DNA of 60,510 nt, filler included, from Stramenopiles sp. TOSAG23-2 (Eukaryota), in assembly GCA_900128395.1 (NCBI GenBank). It is 4 parts of 4 records of this genome, joined end to end, with 100 filler letters (N's around TTAATTAATTAA, not from the genome) between each part and the next. Parts side by side here need not be neighbours in the genome. Positions count along the whole stretch, not along the records: positions 30,344 to 45,393 come from LT649731.1; 3 more parts are not named here. One strand, written 5' to 3'. Under the pieces are notes generated by a model. That model searched no databases. It was not told the DNA's origin and saw only the letters and a program-made list of their open reading frames with translations. This document shows, piece after piece, positions 31,639 to 42,091 of the stretch; position 1 is the stretch's first letter, and each line of letters begins with the position of its first letter. The position numbers and the translations under genes are program-made.

Positions 31639-32601
31639 TTAATCATCATCCACAGCAGACATTTTATTTCCTTCACCTTCGCGTTCACCTTCTCCTACCA
31701 CCGTATTATTGTTACTATCACGATTTCTAACAAACACTGAAAACTCCCCACGTTTCTCATCACTTGTATAATATTTCATCAATTTAGGTGGTGGCCTTGC
31801 ACGTCTTGGTAGTGGTCCTAACCCTTCAAATTTTTCTGGTTTTAACAATACACGTAAACCTAAACGATTGTAATAGACGCTTGTGATCGTCCCGCCACAT
31901 TTTTCTATAGCATCAATCGCTGAGTTAGATGCACCAGATACTTCAATATTAATTGGTGTTGAAAACGATTTTGAACCTTGACCTAATAATTTAACACCAA
32001 ATTTTATTTTTCCAACAATACCAGAAACATATAAATGTTTCATTGTAATTGTTTCTTTTGGATTTAGTCTACCAGCTTCAATAAATTTTTCCAATTTATC
32101 TAAATTTAATTGTTCCGGTTTTTTTGCAAATTTGTTTCTAAAGCCGCGTTTAGGTAAACGGCGATATAATGGAGTTTGTCCACCTTCAAAACCAATTCGT
32201 ATACCTCCATTAGCACGTGCTTTTTGTCCTTTATGGCCACGACCAGCTGTTTTTCCCAAACCAGAACCAGGACCACGTCCTTTACGTTTTTTTTGCTTTT
32301 TTGCACCTGGATTGTCTTGTAATGTATTTAAACGTACACCATCGTATTTCAATATTGTTTGATGTGGACCAACTTTACCATGTTTGATATTACTATTAGC
32401 AGTTGCAGCTGCTACAAATGTTCTTGTTGAAAAATGATTATTATTATTATTATTATTATTACTGTTGTTATTACGAAGTATATAATTATTATTATTATTA
32501 CTATTATTTATTGTTGGTGATGCTGTTGTTGTTATTCTCCCTATATTTAAAAAAGGAACTGTCCTTTTACAAGATTTTATGAAATATTGATTCAATAACA
32601 T
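31639..32601 (-). CDS. MRPL15: Mitochondrial ribosomal protein uL15m with N-terminal presequence
   Basis: [62 protein letters not shown]-terminal YY...RG extension typical of uL15m. Confidence 0.93.
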   Translation of the reverse strand: MLLNQYFIKSCKRTVPFLNIGRITTTASPTINNSNNNNNYILRNNNSNNNNNNNNHFSTRTFVAAATANSNIKHGKVGPHQTILKYDGVRLNTLQDNPGAKKQKKRKGRGPGSGLGKTAGRGHKGQKARANGGIRIGFEGGQTPLYRRLPKRGFRNKFAKKPEQLNLDKLEKFIEAGRLNPKETITMKHLYVSGIVGKIKFGVKLLGQGSKSFSTPINIEVSGASNSAIDAIEKCGGTITSVYYNRLGLRVLLKPEKFEGLGPLPRRARPPPKLMKYYTSDEKRGEFSVFVRNRDSNNNTVVGEGEREGEGNKMSAVDDD

Positions 32602-33495
32602 ATTTATATATTGTTATTTGTTATGGTGATAATAACGGTACGTTTTTGTACATACCATATACATTTCTACCTCTACCTGTGAATATTACTGTATGTATAT
32701 GTTTATCTATTTTTATCTTCTGTGATGATTTAGAGTGATTAAATGATTGGCACATTGATAATATACGTTCGATGAATTTGTGCTGATGATGCTGCTGGTA
32801 TACTTAAATTAGAGTTTGTTACCGATAAATTTAGTATTGAAATAGCATTAAAAGTAAAATATTTTCTTTCCTATATAATTAAAAAATCCAAACTCCGTTA
32901 TCCTTAATAATAATATGAAGGTCAATCTAAGTACAAATTATTAGTATACTGTCAAATAAATATATAGAGTTAAATAAAACGTTAGCATTGGTTAAGGAAA
33001 TATAACGGTATTTTCACCGAGTCTTCGCTTGCGCTCAGATAGACTTTAACTTGTAATGCTATTGAGATGCTACAGTATTAAGCTTAATATTAAAACATCC
33101 TTTCAATCCTCTCTACTACTTTCAACAGCCTTTCCACGTATACCAGTATACACTTTACACTTGTACGAGGCCTCGTATTTAATAAATACCAGTACTAGTC
33201 TCTACCACACGTGGTAGACTATTAGTGATTCGTATAGTACAGTATAATACAAGCAAGGTGCCAAGGCACCAAGCTGGCAAGCCTCAAAAAAAAAAAATGA
33301 TACATTAAAACATATACGACCGTTTTACCTGAAACAATTAACATACGATTACCAGCATCTTATATTAATACGATATTATATATACATATTAATTATTAAG
33401 AAAACAATAAGCTTATAATAAAACGTAAAACCAATTACATATATATATATATATATCGACAACACTTCGTACTATAAAATTGCAGATAGGAAACC

Positions 33496-34593
33496 ATGTC
33501 TAATGACACGTACGATTCGTTATTAGCTGGCACACATGCACCTTTGTCGAAAGAAGGTGGTACATCCAGTACAAAAGGTTCAAATAAATCTATAAATGAG
33601 AAAATAGATTGGAAAGTAAAATTATACCATACAACTTTATCGTTAGCAAAAATTGAACAAAATGTTCCACCAAATATATTATTGCAATTTATATCATCCT
33701 ATCTAGTACAAACACCAACAGTTGTGCAAATATTGCAATACTATCAAAATAAACTATGGGGAGAAGACGAATTGAAAACAAGCCGTATTATGTGTAGCTT
33801 ATCTGTTAATTTAGAACCAATTGCAGCAAAACGTGCAGCAGTGAAATGGGCGGAAAGGCAATTAGAAGAAGTGTCCGACTTAACAGAAAGTTCGGAATAT
33901 AAACGGTTAGTTCATGGATGGCATTTGGCTTTGGAAAAAGCGGAAATGGGGGAAGTAGCACATAAACGACGTGCGGTGAAAAAAAAATTAAATAAAAAAG
34001 ATGACATGATTAAAGCATTTGAAGCGGTGGAAACTAAATTTGAAAAGGGGCGTGATTTTCAACGTAAACGATTTGAAAAAGTATTGGACTATCATGAAAA
34101 ATATAATGGCATCGGACGTCAACATGGTAAAATAAGAAAAATGCAAGAAGTTTTAGATACAGGTTCCTCACGAGATAATGCAAAAAACAAATTGAAACAT
34201 GCAGCATCCATTTCGTCTGTTATGACATTGTTTGGTTCAAAACAACATATGTTAAAACCAAAACAATTGAAACGTTTAAAACATTTACGCCTTGTTATGA
34301 AAGTTAGAGATAAATTAGTAGGAAGTATACATAGTCGTCAGAATTCACCAACAAATAATAATAATTCATCACCATTATCAAGTGACGAGGATAATAAAAA
34401 ATCATTCGTGATGCCACCATTAAAAGCTTCATCATCTAGAGAAATTAATGAAAACGATATTGAAAATGTGAAAAATAAATCTAATAATCTTGTACCAGCA
34501 AGACCAGAATATGATAATACTGGTAGTCGTCATCAACCATCTGTAAATATCAAAATGCGTACTAGATTCGCTACTTCACCATCAACGAGGTGA
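33496..34593 (+). CDS. Hypothetical protein (helical/coiled-coil)
   Basis: 365-aa ATG-initiated ORF with coding-like composition; no motif recognised. Confidence 0.7.
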   Translation: MSNDTYDSLLAGTHAPLSKEGGTSSTKGSNKSINEKIDWKVKLYHTTLSLAKIEQNVPPNILLQFISSYLVQTPTVVQILQYYQNKLWGEDELKTSRIMCSLSVNLEPIAAKRAAVKWAERQLEEVSDLTESSEYKRLVHGWHLALEKAEMGEVAHKRRAVKKKLNKKDDMIKAFEAVETKFEKGRDFQRKRFEKVLDYHEKYNGIGRQHGKIRKMQEVLDTGSSRDNAKNKLKHAASISSVMTLFGSKQHMLKPKQLKRLKHLRLVMKVRDKLVGSIHSRQNSPTNNNNSSPLSSDEDNKKSFVMPPLKASSSREINENDIENVKNKSNNLVPARPEYDNTGSRHQPSVNIKMRTRFATSPSTR

Positions 34594-35056
34594 TTTTATT
34601 AGTATAATAATTATTGTATTTCGTATTCTTCCTATTATTATATATAATATATAGAATAACGTAGGTTCTAGTTCTATACAATACTATTTCTATACTATAT
34701 AGCTCTACGTGGTACCTGGCTTACTATACTGTACAAGATATAGGCGGCTCTTCTATAGCGTAGCGACGTACGCACGTACCAGCTGGGCTGGGGGCTGGGC
34801 CAGAGAGGAGGAAAGAATGGATCAAACCTAATAATACATACAGTACCGGTGGTTTTAACAACCTAAGCAACCTAAACCATCCACAATATGTACGAATACA
34901 ATCTGTAATTTCTATAGATAGATAGACAGAGAGAGAGATAGATCAACATCTTATTTTTACAAGACAATGTTGTAATATATTTTTAAAAATAATATATATA
35001 TATACACAACAAAAACTATTTTCGAAAAAGAAGTAAACAATATTAACTATTATAAC

Positions 35057-36226
35057 ATGGATATCGATAACAATAATACTAATAACAACGTTGATGAGGA
35101 TCCAATTGTAGAAGAAATAGATGTACAATTAATATTTCCACGTGGTGAATTATATACACTTGATTATCCAATACCATCTGTCACAAATAAATATTTTCAA
35201 CCGACAAATGCAAGAGTAAGGCCAAATCATTCCATGCTAGAGGTAGTTTATGATACTAGCGAATGGACAAAATCCCAATTTTTCAACAAAGAATTTGTAT
35301 CTGGTTCTGGTGCAAATAGATACAAAAACCGTAAATTTTTATCAACTAAAATTAATATGCGTTCTCAATATGCTTGCGGTCAAATAGAAAATGGCATATT
35401 GTATTTATCACCAATATCACAACGCTTATCTATGCGTCCTGATTTTTCCCATATTGATAATGAAAATTCAAATGATTCAATGAGTAATAATAACAACAAC
35501 AGTAGCAATAATGGAAATAACAACAACAACAATAATAATAATAAGAATAAGAATAATAATAAAAATAGTTTTAATATGAACAATAAAGATGGTGGTTCGT
35601 CCTCGTCCTCCTCTTCCAATAATATCCATGATAATAATGATAACGGTAATAATAATAATAATAATAATAAAACTTCAATGGTTAGGGTACAAATTAAAAA
35701 AGTATTAAATCCAAACTCTATTTTAGCACGTGAAAAGGCATATAGTACATTAATGTCAAACAAAAACGCTGAAAAATGGGTTGATTTGAAAGTTGTAAAC
35801 ACTGGTAATAATAAAATTAATATCAACAACGATGCATCAGAGGAGGACGACGATGATGAGCATGATAATCAACAACTACATCATAAACTTTCATCTTTTG
35901 ATAGAAATATTGTTAATGATAATAGTAACGGTAATGATCGTGATAATACTGTGACGTCGACTACTACAACTACTACAACGACGACGACGACAAGTACAAA
36001 CAATAATGTGACAAAGTTACATTTTGATGTGTCGCCATCTGATTATTTATCAGCTATAGCACCTGCACCTAAAAAAACAATGAGTGATGCTGAAGATATG
36101 AGAAAAGTTAAAGGATATGTACCACCATCATCTTCTTCTTCTTCTAAAAAAGTTGTTCGTGGTGGGAAAAACGAATTGAAAAAGAAAGGTAGTAATTCTA
36201 ATACTCGTAGTAAAATGGCTTTGTAA
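35057..36226 (+). CDS. POLR3E: RNA polymerase III subunit RPC5/Rpc37 (Sin N-terminal domain)
   Basis: DEDPIVEEIDV, LYTLDYP, ARVRP..MLEV, QYACG..LYLSPI..LSMRPDFSHID, AEKWVDL; long poly-N/T inserts. Confidence 0.8.
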   Translation: MDIDNNNTNNNVDEDPIVEEIDVQLIFPRGELYTLDYPIPSVTNKYFQPTNARVRPNHSMLEVVYDTSEWTKSQFFNKEFVSGSGANRYKNRKFLSTKINMRSQYACGQIENGILYLSPISQRLSMRPDFSHIDNENSNDSMSNNNNNSSNNGNNNNNNNNNKNKNNNKNSFNMNNKDGGSSSSSSSNNIHDNNDNGNNNNNNNKTSMVRVQIKKVLNPNSILAREKAYSTLMSNKNAEKWVDLKVVNTGNNKININNDASEEDDDDEHDNQQLHHKLSSFDRNIVNDNSNGNDRDNTVTSTTTTTTTTTTTSTNNNVTKLHFDVSPSDYLSAIAPAPKKTMSDAEDMRKVKGYVPPSSSSSSKKVVRGGKNELKKKGSNSNTRSKMAL

Positions 36227-36796
36227 TTCGTAAAATATGATATGTACCGAGTATATTATTCAGTATATTTATTTTCTGAGAGATAGATATTAATTTTGGC
36301 TCAAACACTGTACAGAGTGTATTACCTGGTATTCTTTTTGAGAGTGTAGGAATTGTCATGTGGGGGTAGAAAAATTAAAAATATTAAAAAAATATGCGGT
36401 ACGTACATGATACTCTGTAATATAAAAATATTACGAGAAGTATTAAAAAAAATAATTTATAAAATAATTTTTTATATTTTTTCGTGTAATTTTTTTTTTT
36501 ATTAAAAATTATAATATTTGTGCAGTAATTTTAACCCGTATCATATGATACGAAATATGATATATATATCGAAAAAACAAGATATATTTGTGTGTGGTGT
36601 GTGAAACACAATTTTTTTATTCCCTCTCTCTCTTTCAGAACGTTAAGAGAGGATTATTAAGCCCAAGCATTCAAATTTTACGTATATAATGCAATATTAC
36701 CGCGTACAAATAAATTTTACTTTTTTACTTTGTACGCTTTGCATTATCTTTATTTTTTTTACTTCGTACTACATCATACACGCGAAAAAAACTTTT

Positions 36797-37332
36797 TTAC
36801 ACAATTTTAAACTCTGCCTCTATTGGTGTATAACTTCTACCATTGCGTATTGCAAGTTTTCTTCGTTTTGTTTTTTCTTGTTCGCTTGTAAGTAATATTT
36901 TTGCTGCCACTGCACCTTTACTATAATTAGTGGTTACCTCTAATGCTGGTCGTGTATCATTTGCATCATGTTTTTCCGCCTTGCCAAGATCTGGTTTAAA
37001 TGTATCATAAATCAACCTAGGTGTTTGTTTTGGATATGGGAAATGATCAGTTGTATACGGATGTTTCAATGCATATTCATTATCTATTTGTTTTTGTCGT
37101 TCATTTATTTCTTTCTGTATAACATTTTTATACCTTTGCGCTAGAAATTGTTTCGTAGGTTTTGCAAAATTTGGCATATTACGTCTAAAATCTGTAAGAT
37201 AGGAGATTAGTAAAAATAATGTTAGTTAATATAGGAAAAGATAAATATATATATATATAAACCATGTTACTTACATTGATCATACACAAGGAAATTATGA
37301 TCATGTTTTGTAAATAATACTCGATAATCCAT
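36797..37332 (-). CDS. Small hypothetical protein, two exons (37332-37275 and 37191-36797)
   Basis: 83-bp intron at 37274-37192 with GTAAGT donor, TACTAAT branch point and CTTACAG acceptor. Splicing joins MDYRVLFTKHDHNFLVYDQ-Y-FRRN in frame to the ORF MPNFAKP. Confidence 0.7.
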
Positions 37333-38044
37333 AATATTTTGGTGGTTGTTTATGTTGCTCTAATTTCCCATCGCGTCTTTCTATTAATGATTGTGGTCTA
37401 AACATGTTGTTTGTTTTGTGTTATTGTAATGTCCGCCTGTGTGTTGTATATAGTACAGTATATATCTATATTAACTACTAATAATAACATGTTAATATAT
37501 ATATTATGATGGATGTGTCCATAAGCTATAACGTTTTTTGTTTTATATATATATCCTGTCTGTGGTGCACTGGTGTGGTGCCTGTGTGTGTTTTGTTTGC
37601 CAGCTGGGCCACAGCGCCAGCTGGGCCAGCCAGCACGAAGAAAACAGCGAAACTGCCTTTTACCTTTTCTGGTTTTTTTCACTTATTTATAATTAGGATT
37701 TTTTTCATCAACCACCATTACGGTACAATTATACCTGGTATTGTAGTGCATTTTATTATTCTCTTCTTCCTCCATCAATTATTAATATTATTATTTAAAT
37801 TTGATTAGTGAATTAAAATTTCCAAGATTTGTTTGTTGATGAGGGGAAAACAAAAATAAAATTATATACATAATACATTGAAATAAATCAACGTGAACCA
37901 GAAAGATCATTGTAGAAATAGATTAACAATAAAATACGAGTAATATTGTATACAGTCGTAATAGAGGTACATATGCGTGGAATGAATAAAAAGTATAGCC
38001 ACGACAATGAGTTTCATATAAATCATAATAATAATAATAATAAC

Positions 38045-38953
38045 ATGGCAACAACAGAAACAATATCAGTATTTTCTGGAAACTTATTTATAGGATTATG
38101 TTTATCCGTATTAGCAACATTGATGAATTCGACTGGAATGAATTTACAACGATATTCAAAAACAAAGGATAGGCCATGTTTAAATGTTATAGGAATTATT
38201 TTAAGCACAGCTTGCGGTTTAGTTGATATGTGTAGTTTTCATTTTGCACCACAATCATTACTAGCACCTGTTGGTGCATTTACGTTAGTTTTCAACTTAT
38301 TATTAGCACCAATATTACATTCCGAAAAAATACTTTTATTAGATTTGTTATCAACTTTGTTGGTTTTTGTGGGTACAATTACATGTTTGTATTATGGTAG
38401 TCGTCATAAACAAACGTATGAATTAGATGAATTGTATAACTTAGCAATGCAAAAAACGTTCCATGTCTATGTTGTTTTTGTGATTGCAACTATTTTAACT
38501 TTAATATTGTATATACGTAATTCTGAAAAATTAGGTCGTGGTACGTTACGTTCCGTTGGTGTTGCATATCCATTATGTGCCGGTATATTAGGTGGTTCAA
38601 CTGTATTAACAGTTCGTACTATTGGTGAAATTTGCAAAACATCAGATTATTCCATTTACGTTGTAATTGCATTGATATTACTGGTTGCATGCATTGCTTT
38701 CTCACAAATTTTTGTATTGAATCGTGGTTTGGGTAAACATTCATCATTATTAATTATACCCGTCTTTACAGGGACATTTATAAGTGCTAATATAGTTGGT
38801 GGTGGTATATTGTATCAAGAATTTGCAAAAGCAACAACGCAAGAACGTTATGCATATTCATTTGGTTTAATGTTAGTAATTTTTGGTGTGTTGGTATTAA
38901 CATTGAAGGAAAGGAAAGAGAAAAAAGTATTGAAACAGGTAGAAATGGATTGA
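38045..38953 (+). CDS. NIPA-family magnesium transporter (DUF803, DMT superfamily)
   Basis: IGLCLSVLAT..GMNLQR, SFHFAPQSLLAPVGAFTLVFNLLLAPILHSEK, QIFVLNRGL...IIPV, GGILYQEF; likely start MATTE. Confidence 0.9.
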   Translation: MATTETISVFSGNLFIGLCLSVLATLMNSTGMNLQRYSKTKDRPCLNVIGIILSTACGLVDMCSFHFAPQSLLAPVGAFTLVFNLLLAPILHSEKILLLDLLSTLLVFVGTITCLYYGSRHKQTYELDELYNLAMQKTFHVYVVFVIATILTLILYIRNSEKLGRGTLRSVGVAYPLCAGILGGSTVLTVRTIGEICKTSDYSIYVVIALILLVACIAFSQIFVLNRGLGKHSSLLIIPVFTGTFISANIVGGGILYQEFAKATTQERYAYSFGLMLVIFGVLVLTLKERKEKKVLKQVEMD

Positions 38954-39346
38954 TTTGTATGTGTATTTATAAATATATTATTATAGCACAGCACCACATT
39001 ATTACATATAATGAACCCGGTTTATCTGTGTATAGGAGGTTTGATGTTTGATATTATATTATATATAGGTAAATGTTTCTAGTATACAACTACTCCGTAC
39101 TTAGACTTATTTTATCATATCCACCGCACGCACCAAAGAGATACTTTTCCTTGTCAGGGTAGCTCTATACTGGCAAGGAAAATCTCTGGGGTCCAGAGTA
39201 CACCCACGCACACACACACACTTTAAATGTTCCCTGAAGTAACGTCTCATAAATATATGTGTGATAAAATTTGTATATATATATATATATATATATACAT
39301 GAACGTACAAGAAATTTAAAAAAAAAAATAACACGGCGCACTTTTT

Positions 39347-40888
39347 TTATAACTTTGGTCTAAATACCAACAATCCAACGATTGCAGCAGCAGTTGCTTG
39401 TATCATTCTCCATTGAGTCGGTGTTAAAAAGCCGGTTACTAACATTTTAACAATTGTATCGTACATAGAATCATCTGGGCCAGGGAACATGGATGGCGAC
39501 AAGTATTTGCCTTTACGTAAAACAGCGCGGAAGTGCGTAAATTCATCGAATCCCCATTTATTACCATAATATCCCATTCCACTAGCACCAATACCACCAA
39601 ATGGCAAATTGGAATTTGCAACATGAGAAAGTGTATCATTGATACAGACACCACCACTTGCTGTATTATCTAAAACTTTATTTATATTATCTTCATCATT
39701 TGAAAATACATACAATGCTAATGGACTTTCACATACGTGTTTAACAATTTTAATAGCTTCATCCAGATTATCAAAAGTAACTACAGATAGAGCAGGGCCA
39801 AAAATTTCTTCTTGCATCAAACTGTCATTTAAATCAGCATCAACAACAATTGTTGGTGGAAAGAATTGCGTGGACGCATTTATACTATCCATATTACCAT
39901 GCACAACTTTACCGCTAGTACTGGTAACTAACCCTTTAACTCGTTCGACATGTCTTGGATGAATAATTTTACCCCAAGAATTGTTCGATTCTGGTTTATC
40001 ACCAAATGCTTTATTTAATAATTTTTTCGATTCATTTAAAAATTCCTCTTTCACGGATTCGTGCACTATTACATAATCAGGTGCAACACATGTTTGGCCT
40101 TGATTACCCCATTTACCAAATGCAACTTGCCCAGCAGCTTTTGCAATATCAGCTGTCTCATCGATAATGACTGGACTTTTACCACCAAGTTCCAATGTTG
40201 TTGGTGTTAAATGTTTGGCAGCTGCTTCCATTACAATACGTGCCACTGCACCATTGCCGGTGTATACGATATGATCGTAACGAAGCTTTAACAATGCAGT
40301 CGTTTCTGCCACAGCGCCTTGAACAACACGACATACAGATGGATCCATATATTTATGAATAAGTTCTTCCGTAAGCTTTGCACAATTTGGTGATAATTCA
40401 GATGGCTTGATAATACAACAATTCCCAGCAGCAATTACATAAGTCAATGGTCTTAGCACTAGCTGGATTGGGTAATTCCATGGTGCTATCAATAAAACAA
40501 CACCTTTAGGATCTTTTCGTACCATTGATTTACCAAAGATGTCTTGAGCAGAATGTGCCACAGTCTCGTTTGCTGCCCAATCATCCAAATTTTTTAAGCA
40601 TAGTTTTGCGTCAGCAACTTGCATCATTTCAGGTACACCTCTAAATTTTGGACCACCTAAATCAGCACGAATGGCTTCTGTAATGCGATCCGTATTCTCT
40701 GCAACCATGTCAATGAGTGCTTGTAATTGTGTGCGACGAAAGTCTAAATCCTTTGTCTTTCCACTTTCAAAAGTATATCGTAACTCTGCTAAAATAGGTG
40801 AAAAATCAAAGGATTTATTTGCATCTTCCTGTGTTAATTCTTCTCTAACTGATAATAAACCTTGGTTTGTTTGCGATATGGTAGCCAT
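39347..40888 (-). CDS. Aldehyde dehydrogenase family 3 (fatty aldehyde dehydrogenase-like)
   Basis: IAPWNYP, KPSELSP, YTGNG, catalytic Glu in LELGGKSP, catalytic Cys in GQTCVAPDY, EEIFGP, LPFGGIGASGMG; hydrophobic C-terminal tail. Confidence 0.95.
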   Translation of the reverse strand: MATISQTNQGLLSVREELTQEDANKSFDFSPILAELRYTFESGKTKDLDFRRTQLQALIDMVAENTDRITEAIRADLGGPKFRGVPEMMQVADAKLCLKNLDDWAANETVAHSAQDIFGKSMVRKDPKGVVLLIAPWNYPIQLVLRPLTYVIAAGNCCIIKPSELSPNCAKLTEELIHKYMDPSVCRVVQGAVAETTALLKLRYDHIVYTGNGAVARIVMEAAAKHLTPTTLELGGKSPVIIDETADIAKAAGQVAFGKWGNQGQTCVAPDYVIVHESVKEEFLNESKKLLNKAFGDKPESNNSWGKIIHPRHVERVKGLVTSTSGKVVHGNMDSINASTQFFPPTIVVDADLNDSLMQEEIFGPALSVVTFDNLDEAIKIVKHVCESPLALYVFSNDEDNINKVLDNTASGGVCINDTLSHVANSNLPFGGIGASGMGYYGNKWGFDEFTHFRAVLRKGKYLSPSMFPGPDDSMYDTIVKMLVTGFLTPTQWRMIQATAAAIVGLLVFRPKL

Positions 40889-41573
40889 CTTGTTTTTGCT
40901 TGCGTGTGTGTGTGTGTGCGATATCTTTCTCTTGTATATATATTATATATATTATAGTAAGTGTATGTTGGTCTCCTCTTCTACAATACATACTTCTGTT
41001 CTACATAATAGATACATATATTGTACTTTATACTCACACATCATATATGGTAATAATATTCACACACTGGAGGAGGTGGAGATATATAATACGTGCATAC
41101 TACTACAGCAGATTTATGGAATTTGATCATCATCGAATAATATTTATACCATCTAGCTAAAATTGTATTTTTATGGTACTTATTCCTTAATTTTTGAAAA
41201 GACTATTGTTTGTCCTAATCCTATTAATCTACTAGTTTTTTCCGTCTCTCAATAGTTTAAGGGAAACAGTTACATCAACTTTTTGCCACTACGAGAAACC
41301 TCACATTTTTTTTAATAGCCACAAACCTATAAGCACCTATACAGTAATAGTGCTATGATAGGCACCTATAATAGGAAAGTGACATACATAAGAAGCACAA
41401 CAATAAGCCCCTAAAACACATATAATTGAATAAAATAAATATACATTATACGATGTATGGATAGAAATAATATATTATATACAGATGAAAAACGAATGTA
41501 CTATACTAATAGAAAGGGATAAATATAGTAAGAATAACATAACATATACAATAATTATAAATAGGAAAAAAAA

Positions 41574-41849
41574 ATGTCGCTTTTTGGTGGTGCTAGTAGA
41601 CAAACCAAAGAGGAAGAGTTGGCCATGGAAATGCACATGGAAGGAACTTTAAAAGTTTTTAATAATATGAGTAGATTGTGTTTTAAAAAATGTATACCAA
41701 ATTTTCATGAAGCAGAGTTAAACGTTGCAGAATACACTTGTATCGACCGTTGCTCGGCAAAATTTATGCAATGTAATGAAGCTGTAACTAAAGTACTGAA
41801 TGAGGTGCAACAAGAACAAATGAAAATGCAACAAAGTATGGGACAATAA
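41574..41849 (+). CDS. TIM10: Mitochondrial intermembrane-space small Tim chaperone, Tim10-like
   Basis: Twin CX3C motif CFKKC...EAELNVAEYTCIDRCSAKF. Confidence 0.85.
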   Translation: MSLFGGASRQTKEEELAMEMHMEGTLKVFNNMSRLCFKKCIPNFHEAELNVAEYTCIDRCSAKFMQCNEAVTKVLNEVQQEQMKMQQSMGQ

Positions 41850-42091
41850 TATAATATGATCTTTATATAATATATAAATAAAAATAAAAAATTTAATATT
41901 TTACTAATATGATATCATGAGTAATATAATAATAACGCGTGATGTATTGTTAAATATAATATTTAAAAGTGTGTGCAACATTCTCACACAACATTTTATA
42001 CTTTTTTGCATCTCTCTCCACAAACATTTTTGTAGCATAGCTCTAACAGAGACCAGGACATATTTAAACGCATACGTACGTACATTTTTAT

